Positions 38,826 to 49,606 of a stretch of 64,000 nucleotides of DNA are shown here, in pieces. Position numbers and translations under genes: made by a program. The notes beneath the pieces were generated by a model. The model was given only the letters and a program-made list of their open reading frames with translations. It did no database searches and was not told the DNA's origin. The number at the start of each line of letters is the position of its first letter. The stretch's first letter is position 1. Source of the stretch: Alphaproteobacteria bacterium (GTDB lineage Bacteria; Pseudomonadota; Alphaproteobacteria; Reyranellales; Reyranellaceae); the NCBI GenBank assembly GCA_010032545.1, contig RGPT01000001.1, positions 16,264 to 80,263 of the forward strand, given 5' to 3'.

Positions 38826-39686
38826 ATGCATTGGACTGACCGCCGCCAGCGCTTCCGGGCGCTCCTCGCCGGAGATCGTTGCTACCATCCGGGGTCGGTC
38901 TTCGATCCGATCTCCGCCCGCATCGCCGAGGATCTGGGCTTCGAGATCGGCATGTTCGCGGGCTCGGTCGCCTCGATGACGGTGCTGGGGGCGCCCGACC
39001 TGATCGTGCTCACGCTCTCGGAATTCGCGGCCCAGGCCTACCGTATCAATCGGGCGGGTAACCTGCCGCTGATGGTCGATGCCGATCACGGGTACGGCAA
39101 TGCGCTCAACGTCAAGCGCACGGTCGAGGAGCTGGAGACGGCCGGCGTCAGCGGCATGAGCATCGAGGACACCGAGCTGCCGACGCCGCATGGCACGACC
39201 AAGCCGCGGCTCGTCTCCATTGCCGAGGGCGTCGGCAAGATGAAGGCAGCCCTCGCCGGCCGCCAGGATCCGGCGCTCTGCATCGCCGGCCGTACCAGTG
39301 CGATCACCATCACAGGGCTCGACGACGCGATCGTTCGCGGCAAGGCATACGAGGCAGTGGGCGTCGATGCGCTGTTCTTTGTCGGCATCAAGACACGAGC
39401 CGAACTCGACGCCATCTCGGCCGCGACCCGCCTGCCGCTGATCATGGGCGGCGTATCGGGTGAGCTCACCGACCGCGACTATCTCGCCGCCCGTCGCGTG
39501 CGAATCGCCCTGCAGGGCCACCAGCCTTTCGCCGCTGGCGTGAAGGCGGTCCATGACACGTTGAAAGCCTTGAGAGAAGGCACCGCGCCATCGAAGCTGC
39601 CGGGCATCGCCGACGCCGAGCTGATGAAGCGCGTCACCCGCGAGGGCGACTATGGGCAGTGGACCAAGGATTTCCTCGGCGGCTGA
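38826..39686 (+). CDS. Isocitrate lyase/PEP mutase family, oxaloacetate decarboxylase-like
   Basis: SVFDPISARIAEDLGF, DADHGYGNALNV, SIEDT, GRTSA. Confidence 0.88.
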   Translation: MHWTDRRQRFRALLAGDRCYHPGSVFDPISARIAEDLGFEIGMFAGSVASMTVLGAPDLIVLTLSEFAAQAYRINRAGNLPLMVDADHGYGNALNVKRTVEELETAGVSGMSIEDTELPTPHGTTKPRLVSIAEGVGKMKAALAGRQDPALCIAGRTSAITITGLDDAIVRGKAYEAVGVDALFFVGIKTRAELDAISAATRLPLIMGGVSGELTDRDYLAARRVRIALQGHQPFAAGVKAVHDTLKALREGTAPSKLPGIADAELMKRVTREGDYGQWTKDFLGG

Positions 39687-39689
39687 CAA

Positions 39690-40568
39690 TCAGCCGTTCG
39701 GCACCAGGGTGACTGCGACGCTGTAGGTGTGGGAGTCGCCACCCAGGATCACGCCGCGCAGCGGGCTCACATCGGCGAAGTCCCGGCCCCAGGCGACAGC
39801 TACGTGGTCCTCGCGGGCCACCAGGTCGTTGGTCGGATCGAGGTGGACCCAGCCCGCCGCCTCACCGCACCACACCGCCACCCAGGCGTGGCTTGCGTCG
39901 GCGCCGCGCAAAGCGAGTTCGCTGCGTGAGTGGACCGTACGGATGTAGCCCGAGACGTATCCGGCAGCGAGACCGTGGGCGCGCAGCGCCGCGATCTCGA
40001 CGTGGGCAAAATCCTGGCAGACGCCGCTCTTGCCGGCGAAGACTTCGGCCAGCGGCGTGCTGATGTCGGTGGCGCCTGGCTGATAGGTAAAGTCGGCCTT
40101 GATGCGTGAGGTAAGTTCACGCGCCGCCTCGAGAATTGGCCGGCCTGCCGTGAACGACTGCGCGCCGTAGTCCCGCAGTACCTCTACCGTTGGCACCAGC
40201 GCCGATTCGTAGACGAATTCGCTCGCCTCAACCGGCACGGGAAAGCCGTCGCCATTCAGGGCGGCGCGAACCTCTTCCCAGCGCGGCGTCGACGCGGCGG
40301 GCGGTGGATCGGGGAAGCGGACGTCGATCGCGGCACGCACTTCGATGTCGAAGCGCTGATGCGGCTTGTCGATGCGATAGATGTCGATGTGGTTGCCGAA
40401 GTGATCGAGATGCTGAACTGCAAGGGCCGGATCCGGGCTGGTCTCGAGATCGATCGAGATCACTTTCTGTCCGGGAAATTCCCTGGCCCTCAGGTGCGCG
40501 ATGTGGTGCGCCGAGTCGACGCTGCTGGCATAGCTGTAAGTCGTGCGATGAGTGAGCAGGTATCGCAT
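39690..40568 (-). CDS. Transglutaminase family protein
   Basis: Catalytic triad segments GVCQDFAH, ASHAWV, LDPTN. Confidence 0.93.
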   Translation of the reverse strand: MRYLLTHRTTYSYASSVDSAHHIAHLRAREFPGQKVISIDLETSPDPALAVQHLDHFGNHIDIYRIDKPHQRFDIEVRAAIDVRFPDPPPAASTPRWEEVRAALNGDGFPVPVEASEFVYESALVPTVEVLRDYGAQSFTAGRPILEAARELTSRIKADFTYQPGATDISTPLAEVFAGKSGVCQDFAHVEIAALRAHGLAAGYVSGYIRTVHSRSELALRGADASHAWVAVWCGEAAGWVHLDPTNDLVAREDHVAVAWGRDFADVSPLRGVILGGDSHTYSVAVTLVPNG

Positions 40569-40581
40569 TGCCCGATCTTCC

Positions 40582-43080
40582 TCAGCTGCCCGAGGTGCCG
40601 ACGGCCTGCGACGCCGGCACGTGGCTGAAATAGGCGCGCGTGATCGCGCCCGAGAGCGCCTCGAGTCTCTCGTCGGTGTCTGTCGTCACGTCGCGCAGCA
40701 TGGCGAGTGCCAGTCCCTCGTGCCGCCAGGCCTTCTCGTCGCCGCCGAACTGCCGGACCACCGCAGCGAGATCCAAGTCCAGAGAGTCGGGGAGTTTGGG
40801 CACCTGGACGCCCGAGGCCTTGGTGAGGAAGTCGAGATGGACGTCGATGGCGCGCAACTGGAAGGCAAGCGCGCGCGGATTGCTGTCGTCGAGCATGACG
40901 AGATCGAGGACCGGCGCCGGCTGGAGCTGGCCCAGATAGCGCGTGCGATAGGTGATCGTGCTGTCGCAGAGTTCCAGCGCCAGACGCATCGCCGCATCCC
41001 AGTCAATCGGCGATTGGGTAAAGGAGCTGAGCGCCCCGGTCAGGATGAACTGCGCGCGCTCGAGACGCCGCCCCAGATCGAGGAAGCGCCAGCCCGTGCC
41101 GCGGGTCATGTTCTCCTGCGCAAGCCCCGAAAGCGTCGCCACGAAACGTACGATCTCGTCGAGAGCGGCGAGCAGGGGATCGAGGTTGCCGCGCGCCATC
41201 AGCAGGCGGTGGCGTACCTCGGCGATCAACGGGCCGACGGCGATGGTCATGTCGGCGGAGAAACGATCGCGGAGCGTACCGGCCAAGCGCTGGATGGCGT
41301 CGAGGACGGTGGCGAGGCCGCGTTCGTCGGAGGCGACGCCTTCGAGGCCCTGCTGGAAGGCGGCGCTCTCCGGCGCCGCGAGTGCCGAAGCCTGCTCCAT
41401 CAGGTTCGCCTGTGCGAGCAGCTTGCCGAGGAGGCGCAGTTCGATGGAATCACGGGGTCCCATGGCGCCTTGGGCGATCCTGGTGACAGTGGTGCGCAGC
41501 AGGCGGGAGTCGTTGTCCAGGCGCTCGATATAGCGACCGAGCCAGAACAGGTTGTCGGCGACACGGCTTTGCAGATCGGCACCGCCACGCTCGACGGAAA
41601 GCTGATGGAAGCGCCGGGTTGCCGGCAACTCCACGTCGGCGGCATCCTCGGCCAGCACCCAGACGTCTTTCAGCGTCCCATTCAGCCTACTCAGCGAACG
41701 CAAGGCGGTGTCGCCTGCGGGCTCACGCGCGAGCCCGCCGGGCAGCACGCGATAGCCATCGCCCTCGGCACTCACGAAGACCCGCATCACGACAGCCGCC
41801 GGCGCCAGCCCCTTGCCGTCCCAGCGCGGACTGAGCGAGGGCGTGAAGGGATGCTGGGCCACGAACTGGCCGGGCTGGGCGCGCAAGCGGTCTTCAAGCG
41901 CCTTGCGCTCGGCCACCTCCAGCATACCGACCACGACCGGTTCGCGGTCGGTGCCGAGGCAGGGGCGCACGATCATCTCATCGAGGTTGGCCATCACGAA
42001 GGCCGCGGCAGCAGGCTCGCCCAGCCACCAAACGTCGAGCGACGGCAGGGCGAGCGGCTGGCCGAGCAGGCGTTCGCACAGGCGCTCGAGGAACGGCATC
42101 AGGGCGGGCGTTTCGACGACACCCGAGCCCAGGGCGTTTGCGAGCGCGATGCGGCCATTGCGCGTCGCTTCGACCAGGCCGGTCACGCCGAGGGCCGAAT
42201 CGGCGCGCAGTTCCAGGGGGTCGACGAAGGCGCTGTCGAGACGGCGCAGCAGCATGTGCACTGGCCGCAAGCCCGCCAGGGTCTTGAGCGACACCTGGCC
42301 GTCGCGCGCCACCAGGTCGCCGCCTTCGACCAGGGGGACGCCCAACGCGCGGGCAAGATAGACGTGCTCGAAGTAGGTTGCCGACAGCGATCCCGGCGTC
42401 AGAACGGCCATGTTCGGATGGGCGATGTCGCCGGGTGACATCGCCAGCAGCGAATCGTGCCAGCGGTCGACGAAGGGCCTGAGGTGGCGCACCGGAATGG
42501 AGCGGAAGGCTTCGGGCAGGCTGCGCGCCAGCACGCGACGCATTTCCAGTGCATATCCGATGCCGGCCGGTACTTCGGTGTGGTCGGCGAGGACGTGCCA
42601 CCGGCCATCGCCCAGCCGCACGAGATCGACGGCGTAGTGGGCAAGGTAGCGGGTCGGCGCCACCCCATCGGTGACCCGGCAGGGGCGGTGGAAATGCCGA
42701 TTGGCATGGACCAGCATCGGCGGCAGCCGCCGCTCCTTCAGGAGGGTCTGGGGGCCGTAGACGTCGGCCAGGATGGCGTCGAGCAGGCGGGCGCGCTGGA
42801 TCAGGCCGGTCTCGAGCGCCGCCCATTCGTCGGGTGCCACGACGAAAGGCAGGGGGTCGAACGTCCAGCGCGGTGCCGCGCGGTCGTCCAGCAGGTTGAC
42901 GGTGGCGCCCGATTCCTCGAGCTGGCGTTGTGCGCTTTCGACGCGCTCGCCCAAGCCGCCCGGCAGCGCGCGGATGACGCTAAGGATGCCCTGCCAGTGG
43001 TAGCGGATCGACTTCTGGCCGGTGACCAGTTCGTCGTACGCGCTTGCCGGCGAAGAGAGAAGGCCGCGCAACGACTCCAT
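40582..43080 (-). CDS. Circularly permuted type 2 ATP-grasp protein fused to alpha-E (DUF403) domain
   Basis: LTPGSLSATYFEH.YLA, NALGSG, MRVF..GGLAR, KDVWV; alpha-E ER motifs (WLGRYIER, LGRRLERA). Confidence 0.92.
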   Translation of the reverse strand: MESLRGLLSSPASAYDELVTGQKSIRYHWQGILSVIRALPGGLGERVESAQRQLEESGATVNLLDDRAAPRWTFDPLPFVVAPDEWAALETGLIQRARLLDAILADVYGPQTLLKERRLPPMLVHANRHFHRPCRVTDGVAPTRYLAHYAVDLVRLGDGRWHVLADHTEVPAGIGYALEMRRVLARSLPEAFRSIPVRHLRPFVDRWHDSLLAMSPGDIAHPNMAVLTPGSLSATYFEHVYLARALGVPLVEGGDLVARDGQVSLKTLAGLRPVHMLLRRLDSAFVDPLELRADSALGVTGLVEATRNGRIALANALGSGVVETPALMPFLERLCERLLGQPLALPSLDVWWLGEPAAAAFVMANLDEMIVRPCLGTDREPVVVGMLEVAERKALEDRLRAQPGQFVAQHPFTPSLSPRWDGKGLAPAAVVMRVFVSAEGDGYRVLPGGLAREPAGDTALRSLSRLNGTLKDVWVLAEDAADVELPATRRFHQLSVERGGADLQSRVADNLFWLGRYIERLDNDSRLLRTTVTRIAQGAMGPRDSIELRLLGKLLAQANLMEQASALAAPESAAFQQGLEGVASDERGLATVLDAIQRLAGTLRDRFSADMTIAVGPLIAEVRHRLLMARGNLDPLLAALDEIVRFVATLSGLAQENMTRGTGWRFLDLGRRLERAQFILTGALSSFTQSPIDWDAAMRLALELCDSTITYRTRYLGQLQPAPVLDLVMLDDSNPRALAFQLRAIDVHLDFLTKASGVQVPKLPDSLDLDLAAVVRQFGGDEKAWRHEGLALAMLRDVTTDTDERLEALSGAITRAYFSHVPASQAVGTSGS

Positions 43081-43142
43081 GGGCCCGCTGAAAGAAGGAA
43101 TTGGAAGGGTTAGAATCGCATGCGGCAGGGGCGAGGTCTACC

Positions 43143-46100
43143 TCACGCCCGTCGCAGATCCAGCGTCAGGGGGTGCTCGGGATTCTCCATCCGGCGGGGC
43201 TCGGGGCTGTCGCCTGGCGTGTGGCCGATCGGGAAGAAGCGGGCGCGACGGCGTGCCTCGGCCTCGTTGGCGTTGACGGGGACGCGGTCGTAGTTGCGTC
43301 CCCCGGGGTGGGCGACATGGTAGCTGCAGCCGCCCAGAGATCGTCCGCTCCAGCTGTCGTGGATGTCGAAGGTGAGCGGGGCATGGATACCGATGGTCGG
43401 ATGCAGCGCATTGGCCGGCTGCCAGGCGCGGTAGCGCACGCCGGCCACGTATTCGCCGGCCGTACCGGTGGCGCGCAGCGGCAGGCGCCAGCCGTTGCAG
43501 GCGATCACATGGCGGGCATCGTTCAGTCCTTCGACCTTCACCTGCAGGCGTTCGACCGAGGAATCGACATAGCGGACCGCGCCGCCGCCGCCTGGCTCCT
43601 CGCCCAGCACGTGCCACGGTTCCAGCGCATGGCGCAGTTCGAGCCCGATGCCACGTTGGGAAATCTCGCCCAGCCGCGGAAAGCGGAACTCGAAATGTGG
43701 CGCGAACCATTCCGGCTCGAACCGGTAGCCCGCCTCGGCGAGATCGGCGAGAACGTCGCCAAAGTCCTGCCAGACGAAGTGCGGCAACATGAAATCGTCG
43801 TGCAGGCGCGTACCCCAGCGGCTGAGCGGCCGTTCGTAGGGCCGGTCCCAGAACTTCGCGACCAGGCCGCGCAGCAACGCCTGCTGGGCCACGCTCATGC
43901 GCCAGTGCGGCGGCATCTCGAAGGCACGCAGTTCGAGGAGTCCGCGCCGGCCTGCGGCGCTGTCCGGCGTGAAGAGCTTGTCGATGCAGAACTCGGTGCG
44001 ATGCGCGTTGCCGGTGGCGTCGACCAGCAGGTTGCGGAAGATACGGTCGACCAGCCATGGCGGCGTCTGCTGGCCGCCATTTTTTGAGGAGGCAGCGATC
44101 TGGCGGAAGGCGATCTCCAACTCGTGCAGTGAATCGTTGCGCGCCTCGTCGACCCGGGGATGCTGGCTGGTCGGGCCGATGAACAGGCCGGAGAAGAGGT
44201 ACGAGAGCGAGGGATGGTTGATCCAGTAGCCCAGCAGGCTCTTCAGCAGGTCTGGTCGGCGCAGCAGCGGCGAGTCGGGTGCCGACGGGCCGCCCAGCAC
44301 GAAGTGATTGCCGCCACCGGTGCCGGTATACCGGCCGTCGATCATGAATTTCTGCGCGCCGAGCCTGGTCGTGCGGGCTTCCTCGTAGACGATCTCGGTG
44401 CGCTCGACGAGTTCGGGCCAGCTTGCCGCGGGGTGGATATTGACCTCGATCACGCCGGGGTCGGGGGTGACGCTAAAGTTCAGCAGCCGTGAATCGCCGC
44501 CCGGCGGTGGATAGCCTTCGATGAAGACCGGCTGGCCAAGTTCCTCGGCCGTGTCCTCGACCGCCGCCACGAGGTCGAGATAGTCCTCGGTGCGCTCGAC
44601 TGGCGGCATGAAGACATAGAGGTGTCCGTCGCGCGGCTCGAACGACATTGCCGTACGCACGATGGAGCCGGCCGAGGCGCCGATGCCGGGCCGGCCCGCA
44701 AGGTCGGGCGCCAGCGCGCGGCGCCAGGCTTCGCGGCGTGCATCGCCGTCCCCCGTGGTGTCGAGGGGGATTCCGCGCTCCTGACGGCGCAGCACCGGGG
44801 CCCGGCGGAAGGTGTCGAGCGGCGGCAGGTCGGGATAGGCAATCATCGGATCGGGATCGGCGATGAAGTCGGCATCCGCCGGCGCCGCCCAGGGCAGGGA
44901 ATCGAGTGGCAGGCGGTAGCCGAGCGCCGAGTCGCCGGGAATCAGGTAGCATTTCTCGGAGCGCAGGAACCACGGCCCGCTGCGCCAGCGGCCCCCATGT
45001 CCATTCCCGTGTCCCTGTCCGTTCGTCCGTCCGCTGCGCTCGCGCGCGATCGGCAACACGTAGCCCGCGACACTTTCGAGGCCCTTCTCGAAGACGCGCG
45101 CAAGCCGTTCCCGCTCCAGCGGGTCCTTCACCTTTGCAGCATCGACCTCGACGTTGCTCGGAAGCCGCCGTTCGCGCCACAGATAGTACCAGGTGTCCTC
45201 GAAGGCCGGGAAGAGGTAGCCGGGATTGAGCTGCAGTCGCTCGGCGAGAGCCAGCGCAAAGCGCTGCGCCGCCTCCTGCGTGGTGCCGACCGGCCTGGAT
45301 TCGACGGCGGTGAGGTGCGGATCGCGCCAGATCGGCTGGCCGTCCTTGCGCCAGTGGCAAGAGAGTGCCCAGCGCGGCAGCTGTTCGCCGGGATACCATT
45401 TACCCTGGCCGAAGTGCAGGAGAGGCTTCTTGGCGAAGCGGTCGGCGAGCTTGCGGAACAGCACGCCCGCCAGCCGCCGCTTCTCCGGGCCCAGCGCCAG
45501 CGTGTTCCATTCCGCGCCGTCCATGTCGTCGACCGACACGAAGGTGGGCTCGCCGCCCATGGTGAGCCGGACGTCGCCCTTGGCGATATCGCCTTCGATC
45601 GTCTCGCCGACTTTGAGCAGCGTCGCCCATTGTGCGTCCGTGTAGGGCTTGGTCGTGCGCGGCGTCTCGCGCACGCGCCGCACGGTCATCTCGTGCGCAA
45701 ACTCGACCTCGCACTTCTCGACTGCACCTTCGATCGGTGCCGCGCTCGATGGTTCCGGCGTGCAGGCAAGCGGTATGTGGCCTTCGCCCGTCAGCAGCCC
45801 CGACGTGGGATCGAGGCCGATCCATCCCGCACCCGGCAGATAGACCTCGCACCAGGCGTGAAGGTCGGTGAAGTCGTCGGTCGGGCCTTCGGGTCCGTCG
45901 AGCGGCTTCTCGTCGGGCTTGAGCTGGATCAGGTAGCCCGAGGCGAAGCGCGCGGCGAACCCCAGGTGGCGCATGATGGTGACCAGCAACCAGCCGGTGT
46001 CGCGGCACGAACCCTTGGCGAGGGCCAGCGTCTGCTCGCAGGTCTGCACGCCCGGCTCCAGCCGGACGATGTAACCGATGTCCTTCTGCAGTCGCGCATT

Positions 46101-46544
46101 GAGGCCGACGATGAAGTCGACGGTCCGGACCTTCGTGCGATCGACCTTGGCGAGCCAGGCCTTGAGCAGAGGGCCGGGCGGTTCCAGTTTGCGGAACGGC
46201 GCAATCTCCTCGGCCAGTGACGGGTCGTAGGCGAAGGGCCAGGTCTCGGCTTCGGGCTCCAGAAAGAAATCGAAGGGGTTGTTGACCGACATGTCGGCCA
46301 CGAGATCGACCACGATCTCGAACCTGTCGGTCTTCTCCGGGAACACCAGCCGGGCCAGGTGATTGCCCTGCGGGTCCTGCTGCCAGTTGATGAAGTGCTC
46401 GGCCGGCGTGACTTTCAGCGAATAGGACAGCACGGGTGTGCGCGAGTGCGGCGCCGGACGCAGGCGTACCACCTGTGGCCCAAGGGCCACCGGACGGTCG
46501 TAGAGATAGGTCGTTCGATGATGCAGCGCGACGTGGATGCTCAT
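43143..46544 (-). CDS. Transglutaminase + DUF2126 (putative amidoligase) protein
   Basis: GSCRDTGW, DLHAWCEVYLPGAGWIGLDPT; LTMGGEPTF, PDPGVIEVN, GTGGGNH, LELRAFEMPPH. Confidence 0.93.
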   Translation of the reverse strand: MSIHVALHHRTTYLYDRPVALGPQVVRLRPAPHSRTPVLSYSLKVTPAEHFINWQQDPQGNHLARLVFPEKTDRFEIVVDLVADMSVNNPFDFFLEPEAETWPFAYDPSLAEEIAPFRKLEPPGPLLKAWLAKVDRTKVRTVDFIVGLNARLQKDIGYIVRLEPGVQTCEQTLALAKGSCRDTGWLLVTIMRHLGFAARFASGYLIQLKPDEKPLDGPEGPTDDFTDLHAWCEVYLPGAGWIGLDPTSGLLTGEGHIPLACTPEPSSAAPIEGAVEKCEVEFAHEMTVRRVRETPRTTKPYTDAQWATLLKVGETIEGDIAKGDVRLTMGGEPTFVSVDDMDGAEWNTLALGPEKRRLAGVLFRKLADRFAKKPLLHFGQGKWYPGEQLPRWALSCHWRKDGQPIWRDPHLTAVESRPVGTTQEAAQRFALALAERLQLNPGYLFPAFEDTWYYLWRERRLPSNVEVDAAKVKDPLERERLARVFEKGLESVAGYVLPIARERSGRTNGQGHGNGHGGRWRSGPWFLRSEKCYLIPGDSALGYRLPLDSLPWAAPADADFIADPDPMIAYPDLPPLDTFRRAPVLRRQERGIPLDTTGDGDARREAWRRALAPDLAGRPGIGASAGSIVRTAMSFEPRDGHLYVFMPPVERTEDYLDLVAAVEDTAEELGQPVFIEGYPPPGGDSRLLNFSVTPDPGVIEVNIHPAASWPELVERTEIVYEEARTTRLGAQKFMIDGRYTGTGGGNHFVLGGPSAPDSPLLRRPDLLKSLLGYWINHPSLSYLFSGLFIGPTSQHPRVDEARNDSLHELEIAFRQIAASSKNGGQQTPPWLVDRIFRNLLVDATGNAHRTEFCIDKLFTPDSAAGRRGLLELRAFEMPPHWRMSVAQQALLRGLVAKFWDRPYERPLSRWGTRLHDDFMLPHFVWQDFGDVLADLAEAGYRFEPEWFAPHFEFRFPRLGEISQRGIGLELRHALEPWHVLGEEPGGGGAVRYVDSSVERLQVKVEGLNDARHVIACNGWRLPLRATGTAGEYVAGVRYRAWQPANALHPTIGIHAPLTFDIHDSWSGRSLGGCSYHVAHPGGRNYDRVPVNANEAEARRRARFFPIGHTPGDSPEPRRMENPEHPLTLDLRRA

Positions 46545-46577
46545 AACGACCGTCTTGTTTCGTTCCCCAGCAGTTTA

Positions 46578-46593
46578 AGCAAGGCACATGCCA
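46578..46593 (-). promoter_or_regulatory. Sigma-54 (-24/-12) promoter for the transglutaminase operon
   Basis: Minus strand TGGCATGTGCCTTGCT = GG-N10-GC, about 35 nt upstream of the ATG at 46544. Confidence 0.75.
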
Positions 46594-46684
46594 GCCGCCA
46601 GTATGCCTCGGCTGCTACGATCCCGACATGAAATCGTCATCACGCCATGATTGATGCCGCAGGGAAATAGTCCCGGAGGGTCTT

Positions 46685-47275
46685 TTGGTGACGGCCACGA
46701 AGGAATTTCTCGAGACGACAGCATTGCCGATGGCGGTGCGGCCGTCGGTGGAAAGCGACGTGCCGGCCATGCTGGCCATCTACGAGCATCATGTCCGCCA
46801 CGGCCAGTCGGAGCTCGATGCCGAGTTCATGGCCCCCGATCCCTTGCGCGACGACGACATCAAGCGCCGCCGCAAGAACATGTTGCGCCGCCGCCTGCCT
46901 CATCTCGTCGCCGAACGCGGCGGTGCTGTCGTGGGTTACGCCTATGCCGTGCCCTTCCGAAAGAGGCCGGCCTACCGGTATGCCGTGAAGCATTCGATCT
47001 ACGTCCATCCCGGCCATCTGCATTCGGGGATCGGCCGGGCCCTGCTGCCGGCGCTCATCGAATCCTGCACCCAGGAAGGCTTCCGCCAGATGTTCGCCTA
47101 CATCGATGCCAGCAATATGGCATCCCGTAATCTTCACGAGGCGTTCGGCTTCCGGCTGGTCGGCGTTCTCGAAGGTGTCGGACTGAAGTACGGGCAATGG
47201 ACCGATACCGTGCTGATGCAACGCCCACTTGGGCCGGGCGCCAGTGAACCACCGGCCTATTCGCGCACCACGTAG
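46685..47275 (+). CDS. GNAT acetyltransferase (phosphinothricin acetyltransferase/Pat-like)
   Basis: VVGYAYA..FRKRPAYRY..KHSIYV, GIGRALL, ASRNLHEAFGF, GLKYGQWTD. Confidence 0.88.
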   Translation: MVTATKEFLETTALPMAVRPSVESDVPAMLAIYEHHVRHGQSELDAEFMAPDPLRDDDIKRRRKNMLRRRLPHLVAERGGAVVGYAYAVPFRKRPAYRYAVKHSIYVHPGHLHSGIGRALLPALIESCTQEGFRQMFAYIDASNMASRNLHEAFGFRLVGVLEGVGLKYGQWTDTVLMQRPLGPGASEPPAYSRTT

Positions 47276-49592
47276 GTATAGAACCGGATGGTGCCGTCCT
47301 TGCCGGTCTCGCGATAGATGCCCTGGATCTCAACGTCGAAACCGGGAAACAGGTTGGCGCTCCGCTCGAACATTTTCAGATAGTCGAGCATCGGTCGCGC
47401 CCGCTCGTCGAGTCGCTCGCCCGGCACGATGCTGGCGATGCCGGGCGGGTAGACGACGAACAGGGTGGTGGCGATCCGGCCATGCGCCTCGTCGATCGGC
47501 ACATAGTCCACGTCGTTGCGTACCAGCAGGTGCACCGCTTCGTGCGGCGCCATCGCCGGTTCCGGAAGATGCTCGGGCGCGAACTGCGCGCGCTGCAGGC
47601 TGCTGACTGCGCTGTCGCGGAAGAAGGCATGCATCTCCGAGCAGAGGTCGCGGAGCCGCAGGCCGGCGTAGCGTGCCGGCCGCCTTCGCACAAACTCGCC
47701 GATCATGTCGTCGAGGCGCGCATTGTCGTCGTGCAGCTTCTTGAAGGCGACCAGCGCGCTCAAGAGTGTGCCGGCCTTGCTTGATTCCACGCCCGGCGTC
47801 AGCAGGAACAGGAGAGAATTGAGGTCGTTCTTCTCCGGGACGACCTGGTTCTCGCGCAGATACTGCGCCACCACCGGCGCCGGGATGCCGTGGTCGGCAT
47901 AGGCTCCCGTCTCGCGATCGAAGCCGGGCGTGAGCACGATCAGCTTGTTGGGATCGGTGATGGCATAGCCCGGCGCGAGGTGATGGAAGCCGTGCCAGCG
48001 CGCGTCGGGAGTCAATTCCCAGTGCCGGACATCCCGCGCCAGCTCGTCGGTCGGCACGTCCTCCCAGGCCACGTCTCGCTCGCCCGAGAGGGTGCGGTCG
48101 GCGACGAAAGGCTCGAAGAACCAGCGCCGCGCCGAATCGCTCTCCTTGTCCTCGAACTCGCGCCGGATGGCGCGCATCTTCTTGCGGATCTCGATTCCCA
48201 GGCGGATGGTGTCGTCCCACAGAACCTCGCCGGATTTGCCTTTCATCATCTGCGCGCCGACGTCCAGCGAGGCGAACAGCGGATAGAAGGGCGAGGTCGA
48301 GGCGTGCAGCATGAAGAACTCGTTGAAGCGCCGGTGTTCGATGCGCCGCCGCTGGCCCGCAATATGGCTGTCCCGGACATGGATCTGGGAGGCCTGGCTG
48401 AAGCTCGCCAGCTGCTTGTGCGCCGACTGCGTGGCGAAGATGCCCGGGCTGTCGGGCCCCAGTCCCTCGAGGCCCATGGCGAAACGGCCGGCATAGAGCG
48501 GGTGGAATTTCATGAAGCCCGCCCATGCCTCGTCGAACAGGATGTAGTCGCAGAGATGGCCGATCTTCTCGATGATGGCGCGCGCGTCGTGGATCGTGCG
48601 TCGTAGGTGCACTGCTCGATCACCGCGACGCGGAAGGGCCGTTCGCGCTTCCACGCCTCCTTGTCATCGATCAGCGGATGGGTCCGGATCTTCTCGCGAA
48701 TGCGCGCTTCGTCGAACGCCTCGTGGAAGATGGGCCCGATCAGCCCATGCGCATTGCGGTCGGTTTCGAGGTAAACTGGCGTGCCGCGGCCCAGGAACAG
48801 CGCGCCATGGTGGGCGGCCTTGTGGTTGTTGCGGTCGAACAGGACGAGGTCGCCTTCGGCCACCAGCGCCTGCAGGACGATCTTGTTGGACGAAGACGTG
48901 CCGTTCAGCACGAAGTAGGTCTTCTCCGCGCCGAAGATCTGCGCCGCCTCCTGCTGGGCTTTTAGCGCCGGGCCCTCGTGGACCAGCAGGTCGCCGAGGT
49001 CGAGGACCGAGTTGTCGAGGTCGTCGCGGAACACCGCCTCGCCTAGATGTTCCACGAAGATCCGGCCGATCGGGCTTCTGTTGTAGAAGATGCCGCCGTT
49101 GTGGCCCGGACAGGTCCAGAGCTGGTTGCCCTCCTCGGCATAGTCGACCAGTGCGCCGAAGAACGGTGTCTTCAGCGTTTCGGCGTACTGCTTCAGGCGG
49201 CTCACTAGGTTGCGGGCGATGAAATCCGGTGTCTCCTCGGAGAGGAAGATGTAGCCGTCGATGTAATCCATCACTTCGACCGGAATGTCCTCCAGCCGCT
49301 TGCGGCGGACCAGGATGACGATCGGCATTTCCAGCCCGCGGCGGCGCATCAGATTGATCAGCGCTGCGGACTTGCCGTCGAGACCCTTTTTGCCCCAATC
49401 GACCACCATGCAGCCGATGGCCGCGTCCGTCTGCACCACGATCTCTGCATCCTCGACGCGTCGCGCCCGCACGACCTGGAAGCCGAGCCGCTCGATGGCC
49501 GTCGTTATCTCGCCCAGCCGATGGCCTTCGAGATCGTCGGCGTCGAAGGCCGGGGCGCAGATCAGAATGGTAAAGCGTCTAAAGAAATCCAT
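47257..49592 (-). pseudogene. Ornithine decarboxylase (SpeC/SpeF-like, group III Orn/Lys/Arg family) split by a -1 frameshift near 48599
   Basis: N-half TCPGHNGG, VLNGTSSSNK, DRNNHK; C-half DEAW, TQSAHKQ (PLP Lys), STSPFYP; conserved CTYDGTI reads tac gac gc acg atc (one G missing). Confidence 0.88.
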
Positions 49593-49606
49593 TGCATGGC
49601 CTTGTC

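Noticed and set aside
40552-42438. 628-aa plus-strand ORF
   Set aside because: Antisense shadow of the ATP-grasp/alpha-E gene.
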